The translations under genes and the position numbers were made by a program. Shown piece after piece: positions 1 to 14,382 of a DNA stretch of 64,000 nt. Under the pieces are notes generated by a model, which saw only the letters and a program-made list of their open reading frames with translations, made no database searches and was not told where the DNA came from. Positions within the stretch are counted from its first letter, which is position 1. The number at the start of each line of letters is the position of its first letter. The stretch is taken from positions 64,001 to 128,000 of the forward strand of contig CAVXWZ010000011.1 in assembly GCA_963765575.1 (NCBI GenBank), in the 5' to 3' direction. Source of the stretch: an uncultured cyanobacterium. Its GTDB lineage: Bacteria; Cyanobacteriota; Cyanobacteriia; PCC-6307; Cyanobiaceae.

Positions 1-1
1 G

Positions 2-1225
2 ATCCCCGGCGGCATCACCGCACCGGCCGGCTTCCGGGCCGCTGCTGTCACCGCCGGCCTCAAGCCGTCGGGCAACCCCGACCTGGCCCTGCTGCTGGCC
101 CCCGAGGGGGCCGTGTGCGCCGGCACCTTCACCACCTCGCGGGTGCGGGCGGCCTGTGTGGATCTCTGCGCCGAGCGGCTGCACGCCAGCGGCGGCCGCG
201 CCCGGGCGGTGCTCACCAATTCCGGCCAGGCCAACGCCTGCACGGGCGAGCGCGGCCTGGCCGACAGCCTGCGCGCCACCGCGGCCCTGGCCGATCGTCT
301 GGGCCTGGCCGCCGAGCAGGTGCTGATCTGCTCCACCGGCGTGATCGGCGTGCCGATCCCCATGGCCACCCTGGAGGCGGGCCTCGATCCCCTGGTGGCG
401 GCCCTGGGCCCGGCCGGCGGTCCGGCAGCGGCCCAGGCCATCCTCACCACCGATCTGGTCGCCAAGGAGATCGCCCTGGAGGCCGAGTTGGGTGGCCGCT
501 GCGTGCGCCTGGGCGGTATGGCCAAGGGCTCGGGGATGATCCACCCCGCCATGGCCACGATGCTCGGCTATCTCAGCTGTGATGCCGCTGTGCCGGCCGA
601 GCTCTGGCAGGCGATGGTGCGGCGGGCGGTGGAGCGCTCCTTCAACGCGATCACGGTGGATGGCGACACCAGCACCAACGACACCCTGCTGGCCTTCGCC
701 GCCGGCGAGCCCCTCGAGCCGGAGCACCTGGCTGCCCTGGAGGCGGGGCTGACGCAGGCTCTGCAGCACCTGGCCCGGGCGATCGCCCGCGACGGCGAGG
801 GCGCCACCTGCCTGATCGAAGTGCGCGTGCAGGGTGCCCCGGATGACGCCGGCGCCCGCACCATCGCCCGCACCGTCTGCGGCTCATCCCTGGTGAAGTG
901 CGCCGTGCACGGCCGCGACCCCAACTGGGGCCGGATCGTGGCTGCCGCCGGCCGCGCCGGGGTGGCCTTCGATCCCGGGGCGGTGGCCCTGTGGCTGGGC
1001 GAGCACCAGCTGATGGCGCGGGGGGAGCCGCTGCCCTTCGATCGGGCCGCGGCCTCCGCCTACCTGCGCGAGCGGGCCGCCGGCGCCTACCTGGGCGGCA
1101 GCGGCCCCGGCGGGGACACCGTGCTGATCCGCCTGCGGCTGGGCGATGGCGCCACTGAGGGGGTGGCCTGGGGCTGTGATCTCTCCGATCAATACGTGCG
1201 CATCAACGCCGATTACACGACCTAA
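2..1225 (+). CDS. argJ: Bifunctional glutamate N-acetyltransferase/amino-acid acetyltransferase ArgJ (5' truncated by window)
   Basis: Frame open from base 2 (IPGGITAPAGF...); motifs NSGQANACTG, GMAKGSGMIHP, DGDTSTND, C-terminal INADYTT. Confidence 0.95.
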   Translation: MPGGITAPAGFRAAAVTAGLKPSGNPDLALLLAPEGAVCAGTFTTSRVRAACVDLCAERLHASGGRARAVLTNSGQANACTGERGLADSLRATAALADRLGLAAEQVLICSTGVIGVPIPMATLEAGLDPLVAALGPAGGPAAAQAILTTDLVAKEIALEAELGGRCVRLGGMAKGSGMIHPAMATMLGYLSCDAAVPAELWQAMVRRAVERSFNAITVDGDTSTNDTLLAFAAGEPLEPEHLAALEAGLTQALQHLARAIARDGEGATCLIEVRVQGAPDDAGARTIARTVCGSSLVKCAVHGRDPNWGRIVAAAGRAGVAFDPGAVALWLGEHQLMARGEPLPFDRAAASAYLRERAAGAYLGGSGPGGDTVLIRLRLGDGATEGVAWGCDLSDQYVRINADYTT

Positions 1226-1235
1226 CCTCCCCTCC

Positions 1236-1778
1236 ATGGAGAGTCCCATCCCGGCAGGCCGCGCCCGCGCCTCCCGCCCCCCCCGGTTGCCCTTGGCCCA
1301 GAGCTGGCGGTTGCCGCTGCTGGCGGGCCTTTGCTTCGGTCTGGGCTACACGGTGGTGCAGCGGCTGATGGTCATGGAGCTGCCCAGGGGAGACCAGCTG
1401 GTGGAGTCGTTCCGGATGCGTGAGTTCCCCGGCACCACCCTGGAGAGCCTGCGCCTGAAGCTGGGGGAGGCCGCGCGACCGGTCCGGGGCGATCTCGGTG
1501 GCCTGGAGCGCGCAGAGCAGCAGCGCAAGGCCGAGGCCGAGCGGCGCAAGCGTGACCAGGAGCTGGAAGCCGAACGCCAGCGTGAGCGCCTGGCGGCTCC
1601 CCTCAGCCGCGAGCTGGAGCCCATTCCTGCCCCCGCCCCGCTGCCCCCGCCCCGCAGCGCGCCCGCACCAGCACCCGCCCCCCGCCCCGCACCGCCGCCA
1701 GCGCCGGTGCCCGCCACCCCGCCCGCACCGCTGCCAACGCCGCCGCCGCCGCCGTCGCCCGCTGCGCCCGCCCCCTGA
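1236..1778 (+). CDS. Hypothetical membrane-anchored protein with coiled coil and Pro-rich tail
   Basis: ATG at 1236; TM segment LLAGLCFGLGY; Pro/Ala-rich C-terminus. Confidence 0.65.
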   Translation: MESPIPAGRARASRPPRLPLAQSWRLPLLAGLCFGLGYTVVQRLMVMELPRGDQLVESFRMREFPGTTLESLRLKLGEAARPVRGDLGGLERAEQQRKAEAERRKRDQELEAERQRERLAAPLSRELEPIPAPAPLPPPRSAPAPAPAPRPAPPPAPVPATPPAPLPTPPPPPSPAAPAP

Positions 1779-1820
1779 GGGCTCCATCTGCCACAGTTCC
1801 CCCAGCTGCGGTCGGCCCCG

Positions 1821-2141
1821 ATGCCTGCTCCCCAGACCCTGATGCAGGCGGCCATCGCCCGGCTCGGTGCCCGCCTCGGCAGCGGTCTCCTGGATGCGGC
1901 CGCCAATGCCGCCGTGGCGTTGCAGGACGCGCCGGAGCAGGTGCGCCGGGAGGTGCGGCTGTTCTGGGATGAGGTGGAGCAGGAGGCCGAGCGGCTCGAG
2001 CGGGGCTCCTCCGACTCCGACCTGTCCACGCCCGATTGGTCCCACCAGGGCCCGCCGGCTCCTGCGGACCTGCAGGCCCACATCGATGCCCTGCGCGCCC
2101 AGGTGGCCGCGTTCGGCCGCCGCCTCGACCAGCCGTCGTGA
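1821..2141 (+). CDS. Conserved cyanobacterial hypothetical protein
   Basis: 106 aa ORF (FWDEVEQEAERL, IDALRAQVA) overlapping the start of the ABC1 kinase gene. Confidence 0.7.
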   Translation: MPAPQTLMQAAIARLGARLGSGLLDAAANAAVALQDAPEQVRREVRLFWDEVEQEAERLERGSSDSDLSTPDWSHQGPPAPADLQAHIDALRAQVAAFGRRLDQPS

Positions 2142-3824
2142 TCGGCCGGCCCCTCTTCTGGCGGCCGCTGCGCATCTGGTGGCTGGCGCTGCGTCTGAGC
2201 CTGGGGCTGTGGTGGGACGGCCGCAGCTGGAGCTACCCCGGGGGGCCCACCCCCGAGCGCCGTTCCCAGCGGGCACGACGGCGGGCCCGCTGGCTCACCG
2301 CCGAGTTCCTGGCCCTGGGATCGGCCTTCATCAAGCTCGGCCAGCTGCTCTCGGCCCGCCCCGACGTGCTGCCGGCCGAACTGGTGGAGGAACTGGCGCT
2401 GCTGCAGGACAGCGTGCCCGCCTTCCCCTTCTCCGTGGTGCAGGAGCTGCTGGAGGAGGGCCTGGGCGAGCGCTGCGCCGAGATCATCGACCTCGATCCC
2501 ACGCCGCTGGGCTCGGCCAGCCTGGCCCAGGTGCACCGCGCCAGCCTGCGCAGCGGCCGCCAGGTGGTGCTGAAGGTGCAGCGGCCGGGGCTGGAGCACC
2601 TGTTTCGCCTGGATCTGGAGGTGCTGCAGCAGGTGGCGGCGCTGGTGCAGCGCCATCCCCGCTGGGGCCAGGGGCCGCGACTGGGTGGGCATCGCCAAGG
2701 AGTGCCGGCGGGTGCTGCTGCGGGAGCTGGATTTCCGGCTGGAGGCCGAGCATGCCGCCCGCTTCCGCCAGCAGTTTCTCGACGACCCCGGCATCCGCAT
2801 CCCGGCGGTGATCTGGGAGCTCAGCTCCCGGCGCGTGCTCTGCCTCGACTACGTGCCCGGGATCAAGGTGACCGATCGCCAGGCCCTGCTCACGGCGGGG
2901 ATCGACCCGGCGGCGGTGGCCGAGAAGGGCGCCGCCAGCTACCTGCAGCAGCTGGTGCGCTTCGGCTTCTTCCACGCCGATCCCCACCCCGGCAACCTGG
3001 CGGTGGCGGCCGATGGCGCCCTCATCTACTACGACTTCGGGATGATGGGCCAGCTCTCCGGCGGCCTGCGCTCACGCCTGGGCCGGATGGTGCGGGCCGC
3101 CGCTGGCCGCGATGCCGCTGGTCTGGTGCAGGAGCTGCAGGCGGCCGGCGTGATCGCCGCGGGGGTGGATCCGGGGCCGGTGCGGCGCCTGGTGCGGGTG
3201 ATGCTCACCGAGGCGCTGACGCCGCCGTTTTCGGCCAACGTGATCGGCAAGCTCTCGGGGGATCTCTATTCCCTGGTCTACGGCCAGCCGTTCCGGCTGC
3301 CGCCGGAGCTGATCTTCGTGATGCGGGCCCTCTCCACCTTCGAGGGGGTGGGCCGCAGCCTCGATCCCGGCTTTAGCCTGGTGTCGATTGCCCGCCCCTA
3401 CCTGCTGCCCCTGATGACTTCGAGCGGTGGACCCGGTGGTACCGGCGGCGGAGCGGGAGGTTCCGATCTCTTCGGCGAGATCTCGCGCCAGGCGGCTGCG
3501 GTGGGCAGCCGGGCGCTGGGCATCCCCCGGCGCCTGGACGACAGCCTGGCGCGCATCGAGCAGGGCGACCTGCAGGTGCAGATCCGCGCCGGCGAGACCG
3601 ACCGCCTGCTGCGTCGCCTGGCCCTCGCCCAGCAGGTGGCCGGCCAGTCGATGCTGCTGGCCGGCCTGGCGGTGGCGGCCGCGCTGCTGGCCGTGAGCGC
3701 CCGGCCGGCGCTGGTGGCCGTGCCCCTGGTGCTGGGCGCACCGGTGAGCCTGAGCTGGCTGAAACTGCAGGGCCGGCTGCGCCGCGACGGCCGCCTTGAT
3801 CAGTTGCCGGGGATGGGCGGCTGA
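2138..3824 (+). CDS. ABC1/UbiB (AarF) family atypical kinase, frameshifted near 2670
   Basis: LGSAFIKLGQLLSARPD and ASLAQVH in one frame; ELDFRLEA, FFHADPHPGN and DFGMMG in the next; shift at a G run. Confidence 0.9.
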
Positions 3825-3948
3825 CCGGTTGCGCCCACGGCCAGCTGCTGACCGGCGGTTGTCCCGCCTCCGCGAATTGCTCGCCACCCAATCAGGCGAC
3901 CCCGCGGCGCAGATCTCCGGCAATCGAGGGATGTCAGCAACGAGAGAA

Positions 3949-3989
3949 TAAAAAACCCCTGCCGTTTCCTGGGATGGAACGGCAAGGGA
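3949..3989 (-). terminator. Probable intrinsic terminator
   Basis: A-run followed by hairpin cctgccgttt...gaacggcaagg on + strand, downstream of the minus-strand exported-protein gene. Confidence 0.5.
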
Positions 3990-4029
3990 TCTGCTGAGCT
4001 GGATTGAAGACAACCGGGACTTAAACCGT

Positions 4030-6493
<2,464 letters not shown>

Positions 6494-6587
6494 TCACCCC
6501 CACGCCCACCGCTGCGGTCACCGCCCTGCCCACAATGGCCCCAGGCGGAAGCCCAGTCCGCCCGTGTCCCCCCACACCCCTGCGCCC

Positions 6588-6986
6588 ATGCGACTGCTGC
6601 ACACCATGCTCCGGGTGGGCGATCTGGAGCGTTCGCTCGCCTTCTACACCGATGTGCTCGGCATGCGCCTGCTGCGCCGCAAGGACTACCCCAGCGGCCG
6701 CTTCACCCTGGCCTTCGTGGGCTATGGCGAGGAGAGCGACCACTCGGTGCTGGAGCTCACCCACAACTGGGACACCAGCAGCTACGAGCTGGGCGAGGGC
6801 TACGGCCACATCGCCCTGGGGGTCGACGACATCCACGCGGTCTGCGCTCAGATCCGCGCCAAGGGCGGCCGGGTGGTGCGCGAACCCGGGGCGATGAAGC
6901 ACGGCAGCACCGTGATCGCCTTCGTGGAAGATCCCGACGGCTACAAGGTGGAGCTGATCCAGCTCTCCTCCCGTGCCGCCGCCTGA
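6588..6986 (+). CDS. gloA: Lactoylglutathione lyase (glyoxalase I)
   Basis: [43 protein letters not shown]. Confidence 0.95.
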   Translation: MRLLHTMLRVGDLERSLAFYTDVLGMRLLRRKDYPSGRFTLAFVGYGEESDHSVLELTHNWDTSSYELGEGYGHIALGVDDIHAVCAQIRAKGGRVVREPGAMKHGSTVIAFVEDPDGYKVELIQLSSRAAA

Positions 6987-6987
6987 G

Positions 6988-9738
6988 ATGTCCAGCCCGT
7001 CGTCCACCCTCACCGGCGCCGAGCCCCGCGGCAGCCTCACCGGCGACCCCGATCGCTTCAGCGACGACGCCTGGGAGCTGCTGCTGGCCGCCCAGGAGAG
7101 CGCCCGGCGCTGGCGCCATGGCGCCATGGACGTGGAGCACCTGCTCCAGGCCCTGCTGCAGGAACGGCGCTTCGGCGGCTGGCTCGAGCGGCTGCCGATC
7201 GATGCCGACCGGGTGCTCGACGCCGTGGAGACCTTCTGCACCGAACAGCCCGGCGGCCAGGGCCGGGAGCTCTACATCGGCGATGCCCTGGAGGATCTGC
7301 TGGAGCAGGCCGACCGGCGCCGGGCGGCCTGGGGCTCGCGGCTGATCGACCTGCCCCACCTGCTCCTGGCCCTGCTGGAGGAACCCCGTCTCGGCGCCGC
7401 CGTGCTGGCGAACGAGGGGCTGGGGGAGGAGCAGTTGCTGCGCCACCTGCGCCCCGGGGTGGCCGCTCCCGAGCCGGCGCGGGCCGATGCCTGGATTGAT
7501 TCCCCCGCCCCGCCAGCCCCAGCCGCGCCCCCTGGCCGCAGCGGCGAGCGCAGGACCACCGCTGCCGAACCGCAGCTGAGCCTGGAGGCCGAGGCGGTTG
7601 AGGAGGCCGAGCCCACCGCCCTGGAGCGCTACGGCCGCGACCTCACCGCCGCCGCCCGCGCCGCCGAGCTCGATCCGGTGATCGGCCGCGACGTTGAGAT
7701 CCGCCGGCTGATCCAGGTGCTCTCGCGCCGCAGCAAGAACAATCCGGTGCTGCTGGGCGACCCCGGCGTGGGCAAGACCGCCGTGGTGGAGTCCCTGGCC
7801 CAGCGCATCGTCGCCGGCGAGGTGCCCGAGGCCCTGCTCGGCCAGCGCCTGGTGGCCCTCGATCTGGGGGCCCTGATCGCCGGGGCCAAGTTCCGCGGTC
7901 AGTTTGAGGAACGCCTGCGCGGCGTGCTGGCGGAGGTGCGGGACGCCGACCCCGGCGTGATCCTGTTCATCGATGAGCTGCACACGGTGGTGAGCAGCGA
8001 CCGCTCCAGTGCCGATGCCGGCAGCATCCTCAAGCCCGCCCTGGCCCGGGGTGAGTTGCGCTGCATCGGTGCCACCACACCGGAGGAATACCGCCGCAGC
8101 GTCGCCAAGGATCCGGCCCTGGAGCGCCGCTTCCAGCAGCTGGTGGTGCGCGAGCCCGACCTCGAGACCAGCGTGGCGATCCTGCGCGGACTCAAGGAGC
8201 GCTACGAGCTGCACCACGGCGTCACCATCAGCGATGGGTCGCTGGTGGCGGCCGCCCGGCTCGCCGACCGCTACATCAGCGACCGCAGCCTGCCCGATTC
8301 CGCCATCGACCTGATCGATGAGGCCGCCGCCCAGCTGCGCATGGAGGTGACCTCCAAGCCCCAGCCGGTGGAGGCCGCCGAGGCCGAGCTGCGCCGGGTG
8401 GAGCTGGGCCTGCTCTCCGCCGAAGCGGCGCCCCAGGCCGAGCGGGTGGCCCTGCAGCAACAGCGGCAGCGGGCCAGCGAGGTGCTGCTGGCGGTGCAGG
8501 AGCGCTGGCGGCGGGAGCGGGAGCAGCTCGCCGAGCTGCACGAGCTGTTCCAGCAGGAGGAGGATCTGCGCCAGGCCATCGCCGAGGCCGAGCGCGACGG
8601 TGCCTGGGAGGAGGCGGCCCGGCTGCAGGTGGACCGGCTGCAGGCCGTGCAGCAGCGCCGCGAGACCCTCGAAGCCGAGCAGCTGGCGGACCAGCGCAGC
8701 GGCGAGTCGATCCTGCGCGAGCAGGTGGAGGCGGGCGACATCGCCGATGTGGTGGGCCGCTGGACCGGCATCCCCGTGCAGCGCCTGCTGGCGGGCGAAC
8801 GCCAGAAGCTGCTGGAGCTGGAGAGCAGCCTCGAGGAGCGGGTGATCGGCCAGGCGGAGGCGGTGACGGCGGTGGCGGCGGCGATCCGCCGCGCCCGGGC
8901 GGGCATGCAGGCCCCCACCCGCCCGGTGGGCTCCTTTCTGTTCCTCGGCCCCACCGGCGTGGGCAAGACCGAACTGGCCAAGGCCCTGGCGGCGGCCCTC
9001 TTCGACGAGGACGACGCCCTGGTGCGGCTGGACATGAGCGAGTTCATGGAGCGCAACGCCGTGGCGCGGCTGGTGGGGGCGCCCCCCGGCTATGTGGGCT
9101 ACGAGGAGGGCGGCCAGCTCACCGAGGCCGTGCGCCGCCGCCCCTACGCCGTGCTGCTGCTCGATGAGGTGGAGAAGGCCCACCCGGAGGTGTTCAACCT
9201 CTTGCTGCAGGTGCTCGACGACGGCCGCCTCACCGACTCCCAGGGCCGCACCGTGGATTTCCGCCACACCGTGGTGATCATGACCAGCAACCTGGCCAGC
9301 CGGGCGATCCTCGAGAACGCCCGCGCCGGGGGGGATCCCGAGGTCCGGGAACGGCAGCTGGAGCAGGCGGTGGAGGCCGCCCTGGCCAGCCACTTCCGGC
9401 CGGAGTTTCTCAACCGCATCGATGAGCTGATCCGCTTCCGGCCCCTGGCGGCCGCCGACCTGCAGCGCATCGTGCGCCTGCAGCTGGCGGAGCTGGGCTC
9501 CCTGCTGGCCGAGCAGGGGCTGCAGCTGGTGGTGGAGGAGCCGGTGGTGCAGGCCCTGGCCAGGCAGGGCTACGAGCCGGAATACGGGGCCCGGCCGCTG
9601 CGGCGGGTGCTGCGCCGCCGCCTGGAGAATCCCCTGGCCACCGAGCTGCTGGCGGAGCACTTCAGCGGCGCCCACGGCGTCCAGGTGGAGCTGGTTGCCG
9701 AGGGCGGCGATGAACTCAGGTTCAAGGCCCTCCGGTAG
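6988..9738 (+). CDS. clpB: ClpB-family AAA+ chaperone
   Basis: Two Walker A motifs ([16 protein letters not shown]), middle coiled coil, GARPLRR. Confidence 0.9.
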   Translation: MSSPSSTLTGAEPRGSLTGDPDRFSDDAWELLLAAQESARRWRHGAMDVEHLLQALLQERRFGGWLERLPIDADRVLDAVETFCTEQPGGQGRELYIGDALEDLLEQADRRRAAWGSRLIDLPHLLLALLEEPRLGAAVLANEGLGEEQLLRHLRPGVAAPEPARADAWIDSPAPPAPAAPPGRSGERRTTAAEPQLSLEAEAVEEAEPTALERYGRDLTAAARAAELDPVIGRDVEIRRLIQVLSRRSKNNPVLLGDPGVGKTAVVESLAQRIVAGEVPEALLGQRLVALDLGALIAGAKFRGQFEERLRGVLAEVRDADPGVILFIDELHTVVSSDRSSADAGSILKPALARGELRCIGATTPEEYRRSVAKDPALERRFQQLVVREPDLETSVAILRGLKERYELHHGVTISDGSLVAAARLADRYISDRSLPDSAIDLIDEAAAQLRMEVTSKPQPVEAAEAELRRVELGLLSAEAAPQAERVALQQQRQRASEVLLAVQERWRREREQLAELHELFQQEEDLRQAIAEAERDGAWEEAARLQVDRLQAVQQRRETLEAEQLADQRSGESILREQVEAGDIADVVGRWTGIPVQRLLAGERQKLLELESSLEERVIGQAEAVTAVAAAIRRARAGMQAPTRPVGSFLFLGPTGVGKTELAKALAAALFDEDDALVRLDMSEFMERNAVARLVGAPPGYVGYEEGGQLTEAVRRRPYAVLLLDEVEKAHPEVFNLLLQVLDDGRLTDSQGRTVDFRHTVVIMTSNLASRAILENARAGGDPEVRERQLEQAVEAALASHFRPEFLNRIDELIRFRPLAAADLQRIVRLQLAELGSLLAEQGLQLVVEEPVVQALARQGYEPEYGARPLRRVLRRRLENPLATELLAEHFSGAHGVQVELVAEGGDELRFKALR

Positions 9739-9820
9739 GGTGAGAGATTGTCCACACGCCTCGGCGCCTGCGGCGTCGCGATTCACCACCCCAGCCGAGC
9801 CCACCCCAACCCGATTCGCC

Positions 9821-10129
9821 GTGGAGCCCGACTCCCTCCAACCTGCCCAGTCCCGAGAGGAGGCCGCAACGGCCACCGAACCCGCCCCCGCAGCCGGGGC
9901 CGATGGGGATGGTGCAACCGCTGGTGATGGCGCGCCCCTCTCCAGCGCCGCCCAGCCCGCCAGCTTCGCCGCGGCCACCCTCGATGAGCTGCGCAAGGTG
10001 GTCTGGCCCAGCCGTCAGCAACTGTTCAGTGAGTCGGTGGCGGTGATCCTGATGGTGGGCCTGTCGGCTGCGGCGATCGCCGCCATCGACCGCTTCTTCG
10101 GCTGGGCCGCCTCCCAGGTGTTCAGCTGA
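9821..10129 (+). CDS. secE: Preprotein translocase subunit SecE
   Basis: ELRKVVWPSRQQLFSESVAV plus TM helix; upstream of nusG; start uncertain. Confidence 0.9.
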   Translation: MEPDSLQPAQSREEAATATEPAPAAGADGDGATAGDGAPLSSAAQPASFAAATLDELRKVVWPSRQQLFSESVAVILMVGLSAAAIAAIDRFFGWAASQVFS

Positions 10130-10176
10130 GCACCGCCCCCACCGTCCTCCCCCCAATCGCCGCCGACCGTCTTTCC

Positions 10177-10905
10177 GTGAGTCCCGTGTCCGAGTTTCTG
10201 CCCGAGAGCCCCACCCCCACCGCCGCCAGCGATGCCCCCCTCAGCGATGTGGTCGTCGCTGCCGCTGCAGATGCGGGTGCCGCTTCAGCCGCCAGTGCCG
10301 AGGCCCTGGAGGCTGTCGCCGCTGAGCAGGCTGAGAAGCGTCAGGTGGCCCGCTGGTATGCCGTGCAGGTGGCCTCCAGCTGCGAGAAGAAGGTGAAGGC
10401 CACCCTGGAGCAGCGGGCCGTGACCCTGGGCGTGGACAACCGCATCCTTGAGATCGAGATCCCCCAGACCCCTGGGGTGAAGATCAAGAAGGATGGCAAC
10501 CGCGCCACCATCGAAGAGAAGGTGTTCCCCGGCTATGTGCTGGTGCGCATGGTGCTCGACGAGGACACGATGATGGCGGTGCGCAGCACCCCCAACGTGA
10601 TCAATTTCGTGGGGGCGGAGGAGCGCCGCGCCACGGCCCGCGCCCGCGGCCACATCAAGCCCCGGCCCCTGAGCCGCCAGGAGGTGGACCGCATCTTCAA
10701 GCGCGCCGCCGAGAAGAAGCCTGTGGTGAAGGTTGATCTCAGCGAAGGCGACCAGATCCTGGTCACCGCTGGGCCGTTCAAGGACTTCCAGGGCGAGGTG
10801 ATTGAGGTGTCCGGCGACCGCAACAAGCTCAAGGCCCTGCTCTCGATCTTCGGCCGGGAAACCCCGGTGGAGCTGGAGTTTGCCCAGATCAGCAAGCACA
10901 CCTGA
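10177..10905 (+). CDS. nusG: Transcription termination/antitermination factor NusG
   Basis: RWYAVQVASSCE, FPGYVLVRM, KOW motif GPFKDFQG, IFGRETPVEL. Confidence 0.97.
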   Translation: MSPVSEFLPESPTPTAASDAPLSDVVVAAAADAGAASAASAEALEAVAAEQAEKRQVARWYAVQVASSCEKKVKATLEQRAVTLGVDNRILEIEIPQTPGVKIKKDGNRATIEEKVFPGYVLVRMVLDEDTMMAVRSTPNVINFVGAEERRATARARGHIKPRPLSRQEVDRIFKRAAEKKPVVKVDLSEGDQILVTAGPFKDFQGEVIEVSGDRNKLKALLSIFGRETPVELEFAQISKHT

Positions 10906-11008
10906 GGCGCCACCGGCGCAGCGGCCGTCTCCCTGCGGAGGGCGGCCGTCTTCCGACATACCCCCGGCGATGGGGGTCATCCGCAGATCCGCCCCCTAGC
11001 CCCAGACG

Positions 11009-11434
11009 ATGGCCAAGAAAGTCGTTGCCGTAATCAAGCTGGCCCTCGATGCCGGCAAAGCCAACCCCGCGCCGCCGGTGGGTCCTGCCCTCGGTCAGCA
11101 CGGCGTCAATATCATGGCGTTCTGCAAGGAGTACAACGCCCGCACCCAGGAGAAAGCCGGCTATGTGATTCCGGTGGAGATCTCGGTCTTTGAAGACCGC
11201 AGCTTCACCTTCATCACCAAGACTCCGCCCGCCTCGGTGCTGATCTCCAAGGCCGCCGGCATTGAGAAGGGCGCCGCCACCTCCGCCATGGGGTCGGTGG
11301 GTGCCATCAGCCGCGCCCAGCTCGAGGAGATCGCCAAGACCAAGCTGCCCGACCTCAACTGCACCAGTGTGGAGTCGGCCATGCGCATCATCGAAGGCAC
11401 CGCCCGCAACATGGGCGTCGCCGTCAACGACTGA
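11009..11434 (+). CDS. rplK: 50S ribosomal protein L11
   Basis: [29 protein letters not shown]. Confidence 0.98.
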   Translation: MAKKVVAVIKLALDAGKANPAPPVGPALGQHGVNIMAFCKEYNARTQEKAGYVIPVEISVFEDRSFTFITKTPPASVLISKAAGIEKGAATSAMGSVGAISRAQLEEIAKTKLPDLNCTSVESAMRIIEGTARNMGVAVND

Positions 11435-11534
11435 GCGAGCGGGCCCCCAGGGTTGCGTTGCTCTCCGTCCATTCCGATCCTTCTTATCCACTCAGCGGGG
11501 GAGACCCACCGGTCGCCTGCACCCCATTCCTGCC

Positions 11535-12242
11535 ATGCCCAAGCTGTCCAAGCGCTATTCCGACCTGGCCGCCAAGGTCGATGAGCGGTCCTACGCCCCG
11601 CTCGAGGCCATCGAGCTGGTGAAGGCCAACGCCACGGCCAAGTTCGACGAGACGATCGAGGCCCACGTGCGCCTCGGCATCGATCCCAAGTACACCGACC
11701 AGCAACTGCGCACCACCGTGGCCCTGCCCCACGGCACCGGCCAGGCCATCCGCATCGCCGTGATCGCCCGCGGTGAAGCCGTGGCCGCCGCCAAGGCCGC
11801 CGGTGCGGATCTCTCCGGCGACGACGACCTGGTGGAGGCCATCGCCAAGGGGGAGATGGACTTCGACCTGCTGATCGCCACCCCGGACATGATGCCCAAG
11901 GTGGCCAAGCTCGGCCGCGTGCTCGGCCCCCGCGGTCTGATGCCCAACCCCAAGGCCGGCACCGTGACCACCGACCTGGCCGGCGCCATCGGCGACTTCA
12001 AGGCCGGCAAGCTGGAGTTCCGCGCCGACCGCAGCGGCATCGTGCACGTGCGCTTCGGCAAGGCCAGCTTCGAGCCCGCCAAGTTGCTCGACAACCTCAA
12101 GGCCCTGCAGGAAACCATCGACCGCCAGAAGCCCAGTGGCGCCAAGGGCCGCTACTGGCGCTCCCTCTACGTCACCTCCACCATGGGTCCCTCGGTGCAG
12201 GTGGACTTCGCCGCCCTGCAGGACATCAAGCAGGAGGGTTGA
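11535..12242 (+). CDS. rplA: 50S ribosomal protein L1
   Basis: [37 protein letters not shown]. Confidence 0.98.
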   Translation: MPKLSKRYSDLAAKVDERSYAPLEAIELVKANATAKFDETIEAHVRLGIDPKYTDQQLRTTVALPHGTGQAIRIAVIARGEAVAAAKAAGADLSGDDDLVEAIAKGEMDFDLLIATPDMMPKVAKLGRVLGPRGLMPNPKAGTVTTDLAGAIGDFKAGKLEFRADRSGIVHVRFGKASFEPAKLLDNLKALQETIDRQKPSGAKGRYWRSLYVTSTMGPSVQVDFAALQDIKQEG

Positions 12243-12439
12243 GGCCGAGAGGAGGGCGAGGCGGCGCGGCTGCTTCCCAGGCCCTGCCTGCTTCGATGAC
12301 CGTGACGCACAGTGGCCACGGATGGCCTGGTGCCGCTGACCCCGCCGCGCTAGCGGCAGCTGGCTCCAGGCAGGCGGCAACCTTGCGGCTCTCCTGCAGC
12401 TGTTCTTTCAGGGTTGGGAGGAGGAAGCTCCCGAGGCGG

Positions 12440-13862
12440 AGGTGATCTGGAGCACCGAGGGGTCCGTGCGGCGGCGCGAGTCTGACCTCGGCGGTACGCG
12501 AGGCCCGGCGGCAGCTGGCCAGCTGTGGATGTTGGCCGGGCCGCCGCCATGTGGGTCTTTACCTCGGAGACGACAGTCCCAACCTCGTGGCTGGGTTGGC
12601 CTTCTTTCTCGATGGCCATTGCCAGATCGTGCTGCCCCAGCACGCCCCCCGTGATCAACTGAGCCAGCAGCTCATCACCATGGGCTGTGATCGGATCCTC
12701 AGCGACCAGCCTGACTTCGTGCCATCAGGCTGGCAGCCCAGGGCGACTCTGGCCTGGGCTGGCGGCCGGCTCCAGCTGCTCTGCCCTGAAGCTGAAGAGC
12801 CGCCGGGGCCAGGCTGCGCCGGATCCGGACCTCGCCTCTGCCGCGTTTCAGATCCTCTCCTCGGGAACCACCACGGGGCTTCCTTCGCTGCAGAGCCGCA
12901 CGTTTTTCTCGCTGCTCAGCTACGCCACCGCTGGCGAAGACTGGCTCTACTACACGCCCAGGCGCCTGGTGTGGCGCAACCTGCAGTTTCCCGGGCCCCG
13001 GGCCCAGCTGCTCAACCTGATCCTGGCCGGTGGCTGCCTCTGCTGGTTCTGCGCTGAGCAGGAGGATCAGCTCGGGGAGCTCTATGGCCGTAGTGGTGCC
13101 ACCCGCCTCCATCTCTTCGTGCCGCTGCTGCGGCGGCTGGTGGCCCAACAGGCCCTGCTGCGCTTCCCCGCTGAGCTGCAGTTGCTGGTCGGCACCGACC
13201 GGGTGCCAACGGCCCTGCGCGCTGCCGTGCACCGCCAGCGCCCGTCCAGCCTGGCCATCACCTACTCCACCAGCCAGTGCGGGCCGATCACGTACCTGCC
13301 CGCCAACCGGGCGCTGGAGCAGCCGGAATCGGTGGGCTGGCCGCTGCCCAACGTCCAGGTGGGGTTCATGGCGCCGCCAGACCGTGATGGGGCTGCCGAG
13401 ATCGTGGTCGACAAGACCATCACCCTGGCCTATCCCTCGCCGCTGGTCGGCTGGCAAGAGCACACCCAGTCCGTGGCGGCACTTCGCCCTGGCGATCGGT
13501 TGCGCAAACTGGACGATGGCCAGTTTCTCTATGCCGGCAGGGCCAATGATGTTTTCCTGCTGCGGGGGGTGCTGGTGTCGCCCCACGAACTGGAGGCCTT
13601 CCTGGAAGCCCAGCCCGGGGTGCTCGAGGCGGTGGCCTTCGGCGCCGAATCGAGCACCTATGGCGCGGTGCCCATGGCGGTAGTCCAGCTGGCGCCAGGA
13701 TTGGACCCCACGACAACGGCCCAGCAGCTGCAACGGCGCTCCCGGCAGCTCTTTGGTTTCCGAGGTCTCTATGCCGTTCACATCAACCAGGAGGTGCCTC
13801 GGGGAGTGGGAGGCAAGCCGCTGCGGCGGCAGCTCGCCCAGATCTACCGGCTGAACGCCTGA
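12440..13862 (+). CDS. Adenylate-forming (AMP-binding, acyl-CoA synthetase-like) enzyme 1, frameshifted, start uncertain
   Basis: SSGTTTGLP P-loop, YSTSQ, PGD, GRAND, C-terminal PRGVGGKPLRR; N-terminal part lies in the frame of ORF 12551..13057. Confidence 0.75.
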
Positions 13863-13878
13863 CCCTGCAGGCAGGGGC

Positions 13879-14382
13879 TCAGCCGCCGGGTCGTTTCAGA
13901 AAGCGCAGGGCTTCGGCACGGAATCCCCGCCGTTCATAGAAGCGGTGGGCGTCGTGGTTGGCGAATTTGGAGAACAATTGAAAGGCCCTGGCACCCCTGG
14001 CCGCCATGAACTCCTCGGAGTGAGCGAGCAGACGGTTGCCGATGCCCTTGCCGCGGTGCTCCGGGGCGACAGCCAGGGCCAGGATCCAGCCCATGGGTTC
14101 ATCACAGGTGTAAACCGGAAGCAGGATCAGGCCAATGAACCCCGTCAGCTCGCCGTTGTTGTCGGCCACGAAGCACTTGTAGAGGTGGTCGGGCATGGCC
14201 TCCAGCCGCCGCTGGATCGCCCCGGGGGTGGAGGGATAGCCGAGGCTGCCCACCAGGCAGGCGATGGCGGGGAGGTCGCTGTCGCGCAGGTCACGGATCA
14301 GGCCGGCACAGGCCGCATGGCTTTCACCGCCGCCTCCGCTTTCTGGACGGTTGTCCCAGGGCAGCTGGGCAGGAGCTGTCAC
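13879..14382 (-). CDS. GNAT family N-acetyltransferase
   Basis: Motif A LAVAPEHRGKGIGNRLL and motif B AHRFYERRGF. Confidence 0.9.
   Translation of the reverse strand: MTAPAQLPWDNRPESGGGGESHAACAGLIRDLRDSDLPAIACLVGSLGYPSTPGAIQRRLEAMPDHLYKCFVADNNGELTGFIGLILLPVYTCDEPMGWILALAVAPEHRGKGIGNRLLAHSEEFMAARGARAFQLFSKFANHDAHRFYERRGFRAEALRFLKRPGG

Noticed and set aside
6757..9996. 1079-aa antisense ORF and similar long shadow ORFs (e.g. 5297..7345, 28280..30148, 50029..51804)
   Set aside because: Antisense or alternate-frame shadows of real genes caused by high-GC codon bias
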